From the NCBI GenBank assembly GCA_020536535.1, contig JAHLWZ010000816.1, positions 51,304 through 115,303 of the forward strand: DNA of 64,000 bases, read 5' to 3'. Each line of letters starts with the position of its first letter. Position 1 is the stretch's first letter. A model generated the notes under the pieces. That model was given only the letters and a program-made list of their open reading frames with translations. It was not told the DNA's origin and ran no database searches. Positions 20,734-31,385 of the stretch are shown piece by piece. The position numbers were made by a program, and so were the translations under genes. The stretch comes from Pelomyxa schiedti (taxonomy: Eukaryota; Protista; Evosea).

Positions 20734-23287
20734 TCAACTGGTTCCCGAACCACTAACTTTGGTGTTAGGGAGGGGGGTTGTGTCTAGGATTGAGAGTCTG
20801 GATTCTAGTCGTTCAAGAGCGGCGAGACGGGATGCGAGATTGGAGAGTTCCATTGCCTGGGATTCGCAAAAGGCACAGCACGGGGGAATATGACTTGTGC
20901 CTGTTGGCGGTGGTCGCGGTGGTAGGTATGGTGTGGGCACATTGGCGGTTGTTGTTGCTTTGGGTAAGGTCAGGGGTGATGTGGGTTTTAGCATAGGCTG
21001 TAGGTGATGGGAAGGAGTGAGTTCATTGCATACTACTTCCTGCGGTCGGACATGGCTAGATCTCGCTTGCAGTATTCCGCGGTCCTTGGGATTGTTTGCA
21101 GGTACAAGATTCGGCGCTGGTCTCGGGGATAATGGAATTCTGCCAGTTACCACATTCCGCATTTCAATTGGTTGGGCTGCAATCGACATCACAACTGCAT
21201 TTTGCTTAATTCCACCCAAGGTCACAGAGGCTTTGCGGCCTTCAGTAGGTCTCTTTTTGAAAGGTTAAAGTCAGAGTATCAGGGCTTCACATTTACCTTC
21301 ATCGGGGGTGAAAACGTACGAAATTGAGCTAGCTCTGGCAACACATGCTCTGCATAGTCCGAGGGGCCTTGAATGTGATATTTTAGCTCGGTTATCTCCC
21401 AACCAATAGATCATTTACCGTTTTCAAGGCCTTTCCATTCGTTTATTGGAAGCTTGATATGATTATACATAAGAACATGTTCAGTCTGTTTATTCTTTCG
21501 ATCTAGGTCAGAGTTCTTTGATTGCAATTTGGAATACAGTTTTTCAGAGTCCTTGATCCTTCTCAATAGCTCTTCACTTTGGTGATGAAGGAGACTACTT
21601 TCCTCACTCAAATGCGAATTTGTCATTTTCCATTCATCAGATTTTGATTGCAAATGAGAAATGTCTGACTCAAGTTCACTTCTCCTTTCCTCCAGCCCTG
21701 CTATCAACTGTTTCAAGGTTTTGTACTCTTCTTGCGTCTCTTCTTGGGTTGCATTAAGTGTCTCAATCGTTTTTTGCAGTTCCTCGATAGATTTTTTCTC
21801 TTCAGAAGTCTTTCGTTGAAAGAGGTCTAACAGTGTTCTCGATTCTGATAATTCCTGCCTCAGCAAGTTTGTGTCCTTCTCTAACGTCATTTTTTCCATT
21901 GAGAGTTCTGTATTTTGTTTCCGCAAGCAGTCCAAGTTCTTCTGCTCATTTTCTATCTCGAAGGCAGCTTGAGTGGCTTCCTCGTTGAGTAGTTTGATCC
22001 TCTCAGTGAGCAGATCTTCCATCAACTTTCTTTTGGCGTTTTCTGTCTTGCGAGCATCTTCTGCAAGCTTATTTTTTCTAATTCTCTCCCTGACTTGCTC
22101 TTTATGAATGGAATCGGCACGCTGAACTTGGATTTCAAGCAAGGAAAATGAACTGGACTTCTCGATGTAATCCCACATGGGGTTGAGCGCAGCAGCCAGG
22201 AAATTCATCCTCGTTTCTTGTGGGAGAGGAATTGCCAGCAGTTCCGGACAAGGTTGCAATGAGTACTTCCTTGAGAAAAAACTGTTTAAGTTCTTTCACA
22301 AAACTATCCCAGAAGTACCTGCACATTCTTTGTATCCAGTCTCGAAGCTCTGTTTGTTTTTCCACGGCGTAAGGCGTTTCTGTTTACAAGAGTCGGTGAT
22401 CTTGATTGAACCACACAAGTTCCAGCAAAGAGAGTCTAACTTACCCAATGGCCCCCCACACAATTCTCCGAATTTTCTTTTACATCTGCTCATACTACAC
22501 TCCTTTGCAAAATATAGTATGCGCTTTTGTTAGGAAAACAACAAAGGAAGTTTCAAAAAAAAAAAAAAAAGGAAAAACCTGGGATGGCACAAGACCGTCA
22601 GAAAGAGCGATCAAAAGTTTGTGTTTAAACTGTTGACTGTGCATTATAGGTACCGGATCTGGCGTATCTAGGTGTTCAACCGCCACGTTACGTGCCACCG
22701 CCCATGCAACATCTTCCGGCCTGCGCACCTGCTCCTCCGTCTCACCGCTCATCGGTTTATTTAATAAAGCAGGCCAAGATCTGCCACGATTGCAGACTTT
22801 AAAAGTCAATAACATTGCCAGAGGAGTAGCCCACCAACAAGAAAGGCGCCACCATTTCCCTGCAAGTACGAACGATCAATCAAATTGGTCGAAAAATCTG
22901 GGAGATAAAGGCCCTCCTCCGAGTTTTCTTCTTCCTCTTCTTCGCTGGTCCGCACGAGCACCTCGGCGAACAACCGCGATGTCAGCCCCCTGCTGCTCCT
23001 TCCCCCGCTCGCCGCCCCTCCTCGAGACCTTACGCCACGTCCCATCGTGCTCCTCCCGCTGTCCCCGCTCAGGATTAGAAGAAGCTCTTCCCTGGTGTAA
23101 GAGATGTGGTCTGGGTGAGGGACAGTGTGGGCTGAATAGTGTTGTTGTCCTCATGTGTGTTAGATGTTTTATATCACAACTTTGTCTATTTACACAATAC
23201 AGAGGGTTTATAAGGTGGGTCAGTTGGCTGGTGTCAATTTTCCAACCACACATTAGTGTTGTTTGTTTCCCAGTGTGGCTGTGACAT
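20734..23287 (-). CDS. Large coiled-coil protein with Pro-rich C-terminus, multi-exon (5' end uncertain)
   Basis: Exon-like ORFs 22495-22815, 22135-22365, 21411-22259 (extended E/K/L heptads) and 20734-21225. Confidence 0.55.
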
Positions 23288-23559
23288 AATGCATTTAGCT
23301 TTTCCAGTTACTTTGTAACTATCATCTGCTCTTTTTTTCACTCCCACTCCCAGCCTTAAATGTGTACATAACCATTGGGATTGACTCTTTCCAACCTTCT
23401 GCTGTGAGTTAGGAGAAGGAGGGTTATGGAGTGCAACCATCCATCCCCCTGTCTCACACACACAACAAACACACACACAAAAACACACACAAAACACCTA
23501 AAGAAAAACAAAACAGCAGCAACAACAACAAAAAAACCAACCGCGGTTTTTTTGTGTGT

Positions 23560-24440
23560 GCAACCGGTGGGGGCGCCCTGGGTACCCACCTCTCCCGCGA
23601 CTCTCTCCTACTTGCCCTCATCGCCCGTAGTATCTGCAGAGCACGACCTGGGGAGGCAGGGGGTCGGGAATTCCCCCCGTGCTCCCCAGGCCCAGACTCC
23701 CGCTGCCAGCCTTCGAGCTTCCCAGACTCCGGAGCGTTGGGATCTCTGCCCGTACGGTGATAGGACTTTCGGCGAACGTCTCGGGAGGGGTGGGTGGTCC
23801 CTGGTTCCCCTCTTTTGACCGTTTCCTCCCAAGTTGTTTTTTTTCGGTCCTCTCGCTTTTCCCAAGCCTTCTTTTTCTTGGCCTCCCAGAGCACTCCCCC
23901 GAGATGCGATGGGATTCCAAGCAGTGCTGTTTTCTCCCATTTGGGAAATGCCGCCGGGGAGTGTTTTGGGAGAGTTCCCCGATGGGAGGGTTTGGGAGAA
24001 TTTTGGGAGTGAGATCTACTACCAGGCTCTGTCTGACTCAGCCGTTTGATCGTTCCCGAAATTGTTCTTGATTCTTTTGATAAGAAGTCAGTGCTGAGAA
24101 ACGGGCAGACTGGGGATTGATGATCAAAAAGACTGAGGGAATCATTCTCCCCGAATTTGGTCGGGTTTTTTACAGCACTGATTCCAAGTTCCTGATTTCT
24201 TCCCCGGGCACTTGCCTTGTTTGGGGGCAGACAAGTTGGGCTGCGAAAGGAAGTTTCAGGTTTTTTCCGGCTTTCGGGGAATCTTGCCACACACATTCGG
24301 CGGTTGGTGAAACCCGTCGGAACGTCTTCTTCGGGGTTTTTGTTTTGGTTGCCTCTTGTGGAAGTTTCCCGTTTGAGGATTTGTAAATCAACTTAGGTTT
24401 ATCGGGTGATGTGCACATCACCCGGCTGCCACATTTTTTA
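23560..24440 (+). ncRNA. Candidate large structured non-coding RNA (identity unknown)
   Basis: Nested helices 23883-23899/23956-23972 (17 bp), 23857-23872/23985-24000 (16 bp), 23826-23833/24002-24009, 23768-23778/24051-24060 and 23745-23753/24101-24109. Non-WC positions are G-U on the plus strand. No convincing ORF; AC-rich leader at 23450-23540. Confidence 0.45.
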
Positions 24441-24781
24441 GACGGTGATCGGCGATTCTTATCCCAAAACATTCTCCCGAAACCTGAATTATGGGTCGGA
24501 ATAAAAGAGGGGAAAAAACCTCGCAACGGCAACAACAAAGACTGCGACAGCTGGGATGACGATGGGGACGATGAGACGCGTCCGATTGATTCCCGCTACG
24601 GCTGGGAGGAGTCTGCTGCGACCCACCCGTGTGCACGCAGGAGCCCAACTTTGTGGCGGCAGCAGCAACAATAGCAGCAGTAGCGAATATTTCGACGGGC
24701 TCAGGTTACGCCATCTCCTCCAAAAGCAAAAGGGGGAGACCAAGGAGAGTCGGTGCCTCTTCGGGGTCGTCGTCTTCGCTG

Positions 24782-26234
24782 ATGGACGCAGTTGCAATAC
24801 TGCGCACCACGCGACGTCACCGGGACAGCAATGGGCGCGGCCGACTGCTGGCGACTGCCCGCGGGCCGAAAGTGTCAGCGACATCACGATTGCAACTGCG
24901 GGTGTGGTCTGATGATGATGATGATGATGATGACAGGGGTGGCACGTTGGTTCTGGACATCGAGCCCAAAATTGTGCCTGCAGGCAGTTCGAAGTTGGAT
25001 TTGATTGATGATGTTGTGGCGAGGGCACTCGCCGCAGATGTAAAAGGATATATATTCGGAAGCGAAAACTCATAAAGGCAAGCAAGGGATTGTTATTCAA
25101 CTTCAGAAGAACGAAGGTTGCGCCTGTGTCACCTCCAATGTCTGGTGATGGAGACTCTCCCTTGCTGGACCCGCCAGGTTGGCTCCAACCTCCTTCAAAA
25201 TGGTCTAATAGTAATGCAAGACGAACTGAACTTAAAATTTTGAGGATTGTCTCATCTTTAGGGCTTCGTGGCATCCTCAGAACAAGTGTGGTGTGTTTAA
25301 TTTTTTTTATTGAGAGTGGGAAGTTAATCGTTCATCAGACATGCAAAAGATTGCATTTGCATTTGATATATGATGCAGCAGTGTGGAAAAACCTTGCAGT
25401 AAAATACCATCTTCTGGAAGACACACCCAAAGCCCTGTGTGTTTGCCCAATAAATTTAGCCGTTAATCACACCCCCAGTTTTGCACTGGAAAAAACGAAA
25501 AGAAAAACCAGGAGAAGAAATATTAGATACGGTACTAAGGGCCTACATGGCGCTGTAATCATTGGCGCTCCTGTATTTATTTTAAAAATCTATAAACTTT
25601 AGTTAAGAAACTTACGGCAAACATTTCACTACAGCATACAAGATCAATTTCCCGGTACAGAATCTGTTTCGCTTCATGCAGATTCTGGGACTTTCTGTAT
25701 GCGAGCCTTCTTATCTATTCTCTGGTCTTTTCCATTTTGAGGCTTGATTCGTACATTTCTTGGGGCTGGATGTCAGTACTATTCCCATTACTTGCAGTAT
25801 TCATACATAGCTTCATTGTTATACTGGTAAACTGTCGTTCACTCCTTCTGCGCCTCATTTAATTCCTTTCAAGTTACTTTACAGGTACTTGTATAAATTT
25901 GGTCATGAGGATGCTGATCTCATTTGCTTGAAGATGACTGCATCGAGTTCCGGTACACCATGCGCTCAGAGACCTTTTTGCTTCCCACTAGCGACTCAGA
26001 GGGGATGTTCTGTGGCAACTGCAAGTGGTTTGTGGGTTGCTGTTGCTGTATCCCAACCCAGAAACTGCAATTTCGTGCATTCAGGTGGGAATGTTGGGCA
26101 GCTTGATGGTTGGCTGGAATAGCATGAGAGGGTTGGGATCTCAGTTAACGGTGACTTCCTCAACTACTGACTCTTCGATTGGCGGCACACAACAAGGAAC
26201 CTCCCCTGGTCAACTTCCCCAGTTCTGCCCATGA
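24782..26234 (+). CDS. Hypothetical protein with F-box-like segment, spliced (boundaries uncertain)
   Basis: ELKILRIVSSLGLRGILRTS..TCKRLHLHLIYDAAVWKNL resembles an F-box (L.I.S.L...L....CKR......D..VW); flanking exon-like ORFs at 24782-25075 and 25924-26106. Confidence 0.35.
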
Positions 26235-26327
26235 GTACTCAAACACTCTCCAGTTTCAGGAGTTGATCTCGAGATTTGAAAACAAAAGACAAAAAAAAAA
26301 AAGAGAGACAAGAAAGAAACAAACGAC

Positions 26328-27407
26328 ATGAGTGGAGATTACGACGAGGAGCAATGGAGCGTCGTGTCGCGGGTGCAGGACATGCTCGCGGCCACCAAGT
26401 GCGAGCCCCGCCACGCCCACGACTGCGTCGCCCTGGCCTGCCACTTCGCCATGCTCCAGCGCGGCTTCTCCTTCGCTGGCTTCGGCGACTCCCCCGCCCC
26501 CGCCCCCGCCGCCTCTTCGCCCGACGACGGCGGTGCCGCCTCCTCCTCCCCCGCCTCCCCCGCCGCCCCCGCGGACCCGCCGCCTGGGTGGAACTGCGAC
26601 GCGGACGTGTACTCGTTCAAGTACACGCACGCGAGGGGGGCGCCCGGCCGCACGTTCCTGGTCAAGTCGCTGGTCCTCGGGCCCGTTCTCGCGATGCACG
26701 CAATGGATCTCGCTGCCCCCGACCGCGTGCTCTCTGTCGACGTCATGGTGAGTTCTTACGTTGGATCTGGATCTGGGGCTACTGCTTCTGGCGCCGCCTC
26801 TGGATCTGATGACACTGGGAAGAACAAGGGCGCGGCCCCTACGGTGTTCAAAGATTTGGATGGATTGATCATCAAGTTCCTTTCGTCTGTTGCTGATAAG
26901 CTCGTCGGCGCTTCTCCCATAATCCCAACTGGGCCGCGCAGGGACAAGGAGCCGGGCCTCACTGAGCGCAGGGATGGTGGTGATGACGACGAGACTGGAT
27001 TATGGGACGACTGGACCCGTGGTGCTACTGGAGGTGGAGGATTTGGATTTGGTGCTGTGAATCACAGGCCTACCCCGTTTATTTCTGGTGATGGTGATGC
27101 ACACCCCATATTCGAGAGCCCATTCTCTCTCATTGATCCAGATAGGCGCCGCCACCCTCTTACCTCACCAGAGTATGGAGGCAACTTGATTGGCCCCAGG
27201 CACCCGGGATTTGGTGGTGGAGTTGGTGGGATTGGAAGGCCGCCTCCTGGGCTTGGTGTGCCCCCTGGTGCCCGCTATGATCCATTTGGACCCCCTGGTG
27301 TATATCCCACTCCCCCGCAATCAGGCAGAGGCCGCGGCACCGGTTCTGCGTTTGGTCCCGACCCTGACCACTTGCCACCCCCTGGTTATGACGACATGTA
27401 TATGTAG
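26328..27407 (+). CDS. PSMF1: Proteasome inhibitor PI31
   Basis: FP domain (DCVALACHFAMLQRGF, PPGWNCDADVYSFKY, TFLVKSLVLG) and C-terminal IGPRHPGF..PPGARYDPFGP..PDPDHLPPPGYDDMYM. Confidence 0.92.
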   Translation: MSGDYDEEQWSVVSRVQDMLAATKCEPRHAHDCVALACHFAMLQRGFSFAGFGDSPAPAPAASSPDDGGAASSSPASPAAPADPPPGWNCDADVYSFKYTHARGAPGRTFLVKSLVLGPVLAMHAMDLAAPDRVLSVDVMVSSYVGSGSGATASGAASGSDDTGKNKGAAPTVFKDLDGLIIKFLSSVADKLVGASPIIPTGPRRDKEPGLTERRDGGDDDETGLWDDWTRGATGGGGFGFGAVNHRPTPFISGDGDAHPIFESPFSLIDPDRRRHPLTSPEYGGNLIGPRHPGFGGGVGGIGRPPPGLGVPPGARYDPFGPPGVYPTPPQSGRGRGTGSAFGPDPDHLPPPGYDDMYM

Positions 27408-27697
27408 ATACAAAAAATGCATTTTTTTAAAGACAAGCTGTTTAAATCTTTTTATTTGCTGAGTGGTGGGTGCTCTAATGTACCACAAGGCTGGACCCTT
27501 CTCCCAAAAAAAACCTTGCGAGTCCAAGATATTACACAAAATGAATGCCTCCTGCACCCAACTCGGTGGGCACATTCCCAGAGAACGGTGACTGCTTGAA
27601 AAATCGATTTTGGCAGGCGGAAATAGGATTATTTCTATTCGTGTTACGCAGTCCTACTCCCGTGGTTCTCCGTGTGGATGGTGATTGAAACAAGATT

Positions 27698-28254
27698 TCA
27701 GTTGGCTTTGTGCCTTTGTGTGAGAAACCTCCAACACAGCCAGAGGAGCCTGAAATACCAGATAGGAATCCAGATTGGGCATGAAAGCAGTACCCCAAAG
27801 TATGTAACTAGCCACAGAATTGTACCAATGACTATTCTTGTTTTAGAACTCATCCATAGCTGGCCCACGTGGAAAAATTACCTGCCGGAGTGATAAGGGA
27901 AAGAAGCAGGATAGGCGATAGCAAAATCGACAGAATAGGAGGCAGAACGAGTGCAAACAGGGGAGCCAAGAGCGCAGTCAGGAGGACTCCCCCGTAACCC
28001 ACCACCGCCCCAATGGCCCAGTGCCTGGACAGGAACGAGTTTCTGCGGGCCAACTGCGGGAAGAACCCCAGCGCAGTGTCCTGCGTGGACCCAGTAAGCC
28101 CGAATATCTTGGAGACCAGCCCGGCTACTCCCCTGCGTGGTGGGGCCGGGGACGCGGGGGCCCCCGCAGGTGCAGCTGCTGGGGTGTCGGGGCTCCCCGT
28201 CACGGAGGAGGCCTCGGAATAACCCGCCGGCACAGGTTTCTCGCTGCCGTTCAT
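27698..28254 (-). CDS. Small hydrophobic membrane protein (two long apolar, Pro-containing segments), one intron
   Basis: Exon 1 ...AIGAVVGYGGVLLTALLAPLFALVLPPILSILLSPILLLSLITPA; exon 2 LWMSSKTRIVIGTILWLVTYFGVLLSCPIWIPIWYFRLLWLCWRFLTQRHKAN*. Confidence 0.55.
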
Positions 28255-28430
28255 AGTTCAAGTGTTGCCCAAGATGTATCTTAGTTTGATGGTTTGTGGC
28301 CTGTGCCCAGGGTTATGGAGATTCTACTTGAAACCCCAACGCCAGTGGTTGGGACACTCGCAGCTCAGAGTTCTTAGAGGTACAGCTTGCAGTACTCGCC
28401 CACTAGTGAGAAACAAGTCTGGGTAATTCG

Positions 28431-29801
28431 GTGGGTGGGACAGGAGAAGCGGGCGAAGGGGCGGCAGTGCTCACTCCCGCAATTCCCCTGCCGCCTCTCT
28501 CCTCTGTGGTGATATCCTCGCACCCACTACAGGCCGAGGATGCGGACGAGGCGCAGGAGCAGGAGGAGGAGGAGGAGGAGCCCGGGGCCGCCGCCCCGCA
28601 CAGCGACCCCAGCGGCAGTGGTGGGGGTGGTGGCCCCGCAGCCTCGGGAAGGGGGGCGGCGCCTGCCGCGAGCGCGGTACCTGCGGTTGTCGTGGCGGGC
28701 GATGGGGACGACGATGTCATGGACGTGGTGTGGCAGAGGCTGTCGGAAATAGGCCTGGTTACGCGGCACTTCCCTGCTCCACAGCGTATGGTGTTATCGT
28801 TACTGAGATGGTGCCAATTGTTATTGTTGTTGTCGTTGATTAATAAATAATATCTCGTGTGTGTGTGGGGGTGGGGATTGGCTTTGTCACCAGAAATGCG
28901 GGTTAATAATATCTCGCTCGTTCCATTGAATTTGCTGATGCAAATGAACCAGTGTTTACCACCAAGGCCGTAGAGTGCCCATGCAATATTATTAAAGACA
29001 GCATTACAGTGTCATCAGAGACAGGTGATATGGGACATGTTGTAGATCAGGTATGGGTACGGGTTCTTATTTGAACTGAGTCCCTGTACAAAGATATCTT
29101 TTTCATTTGACTGCCTTATCCCTTGCACCGTTCGCCTGATCAAAGATCCACAAGGCAGCACAGAGACTGTAGGAGAGCAAGTTTTTTCCGAGTACGGATA
29201 TGGATTGCAATACAAAGCGTCTATTGCTTCAAGCACGTTCCATGACTCGGAAGGATGTGTCTTAGAGATTCAACTTTCATGCAATCATGAGGCCTGTGCA
29301 CCAGCCACGGCAGCTACACCTGAGTGCAACAGCAAAGAGGCTTGCGCCATCATCGTGAGCAAACTCGCAGAAGAACAAAATGGCTCCAATTCATCAACAT
29401 CCCTACGCCTTGGAGAACCAACCACTCCAGACACTAGTCCTCACTTCACTCACTTCACCCAGAGCACCACAGTTAACATTTTCCACTATTCCTCACAGCC
29501 ACCCAAAATCCGCGTAGTGAAACAAACTCTACTCCTTGGGACTCCCTCAAAAGAGCACCCATCACCAACAGCACCACCACCAGAACTCCGGAAATTCTGT
29601 TTGTATGACATCTATGGCACTGGTGGATCAGACACAGACCCCCTTGATTGTGTCATTTGCATGACTGAGCCCCGGCAAGTTGTTATGCTGCCTTGCAGAC
29701 ACATGTCAGTCTGCCCCCAGTGTGCCAATACATTGCAACAACCATCTTCCCATTGTTTACTATGCCGTGCACCTGTAAATGCTATACTGTCTGTTGAATA
29801 G
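28431..29801 (+). CDS. MGRN1/LOG2-like RING E3 ubiquitin ligase (start uncertain)
   Basis: VVKQTLLLG...LYDIYG motif followed by CVICMTEPRQVVMLPCRHMSVCPQCANTLQQPSSHCLLCRAPV. Confidence 0.8.
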
Positions 29802-29914
29802 GGAAAAAAAACAGAAAAATGTCTCTCAAAACTCCAAAATTCGTTTATTTTGTCTTGCATTATTCAGGCTGCAATGCCCCGTCAGAAAAAATTTTTTTTA
29901 CAGTATTAACTAAG

Positions 29915-31339
29915 ATGAACTTGAACAGTCGATTGAGTGTCGATGCCACGGTAGCGGGACTGGGGGATGTGATCGATCAGTCTAATGTTTGGAGGCTAGA
30001 TCTCGTCAAGTTGCTGTCAGAATCGACCAAGGCATCTCCCCAGCATTGTTGCAACCAAACCTAATTCGGTGTTGTTATTAAAGCAAATGGATCAGTGGAG
30101 AGACCTGTTGAATAAGTGCGCTGGTCTGTTTAGTGCTAATTGTGAGACGGCTCAGCCACAGGTTTGTGGCGACACTTTTTTCTCCCCTATTCTCAAATAT
30201 AAGTAGGTGGCCAAACTTGTTGAGTGCGTGGACTTCGCCGTTCATCAGAGTACCGTTTGGGAACGCGTAATGGCGGAAGCTCTTTCTGAGGCGAGAAAAA
30301 CTCGCGGCGCGGCTGTAATAGCAACAGGGGATATTTCCCGAAGTGCAGACAAGCTCTCCTCTGCCATACAATCCGGAGCTGCGGCAACCAGTCAAGTATC
30401 TCATCTTTAACATCAAATGCCAATTGAAAAAATAAAGATTCTAGCACTAGCACAGGGAAGTCAACCTGTTGCTGTAAGTGCAATAGATACACTCTGGGAA
30501 TCTGTGAGAGTTATAGATTCATCCTCCTCGCTTCTGGCAAAGGCTCTGAAACTGATTGCTGTGCAATCTCTTTCACAGGTTTTTTGCCAACAAAAACCAA
30601 GAGTCCATCCCTAAATCGGCACAGATTTCAGAAGTTTCTGGTGCAATTCAAGCTGAATCACGTCTGTGGAGGGGTGAAGCCTCCAGGTGTATCTCTATTG
30701 CTGAGAGGTATCCCAGAATAAGTTTGCGAGTTCTGATAGTTTCTTAGATTGGTGGACTTGGTTGAGAGGATGGAAGGTAGAGCTGTGAGATTCTTGAATC
30801 AGGGGTCACTCTGGCTTCCAATTTGTTTGTGGACGATCACTTTACTTGCGGCAAGTATATTCTCTGTACATGTTTTGTACTATGCATTCTTCTTCTTCGT
30901 TGGCACTCTCAGGGCCTGGTCCAGTGGCACCATCCTTTGGCACCTTGTGGGAGGTATCTCTTTCTTGATCCACGTTTCCTTGTGGCACTCCGTTATATGG
31001 AAGGGAGCCAAGCGCACGCCTTCATCCTCAAACGCCACAACAACCTTGCCGCCCGACATTCAGTCGCCGTTGTCAGCCCAAGCAACCAGCAACAACAACG
31101 GCAGCGAGGAACCACGTTGCTCCGTGTTGGACATATGCTCCGTCACCACCCAAGACCCCGCCAAATGCGTGGAAGAAATCGCAAGCATGACCACCGCTCC
31201 GCACAACAGCCAACACAACAGCCTCGAGTCCTCTCAAATAGCAACACTCGCCGATTCCCCTTGTGTGCTTCCCTCACATCGCCGGATTTTCAGCACCGTG
31301 ATTCGCATGCGAACCGTCACTGACGCAGATGGACTTTAG
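29915..31339 (+). CDS. Hypothetical protein: helical N-terminus, C-terminal TM segments, spliced
   Basis: Exon-like ORFs 29915-30050, 30207-30410, 30417-30580 and 30749-31339 join in frame via GT-AG; hydrophobic LWLPICLWTITLLAASIFSVHVLYYAFFFF. Confidence 0.4.
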
Positions 31340-31385
31340 CGGAATGAGCTCCGAAAACCGTCTGAAAAATCAGGTTAAAAAACAA

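Noticed and set aside
23763-23770. GAAAGTCC on the minus strand (RNase P/MRP CR-I-like)
   Set aside because: No matching CR-V/P4 partner found downstream, and the G-U bias of the helices points to the plus strand.
23454-24296. 280-aa minus-strand ORF and the other overlapping ORFs at 23.4-24.5 kb
   Set aside because: Non-ATG or weak starts and protein sequences dominated by compositional bias; the region is better explained by RNA secondary structure.
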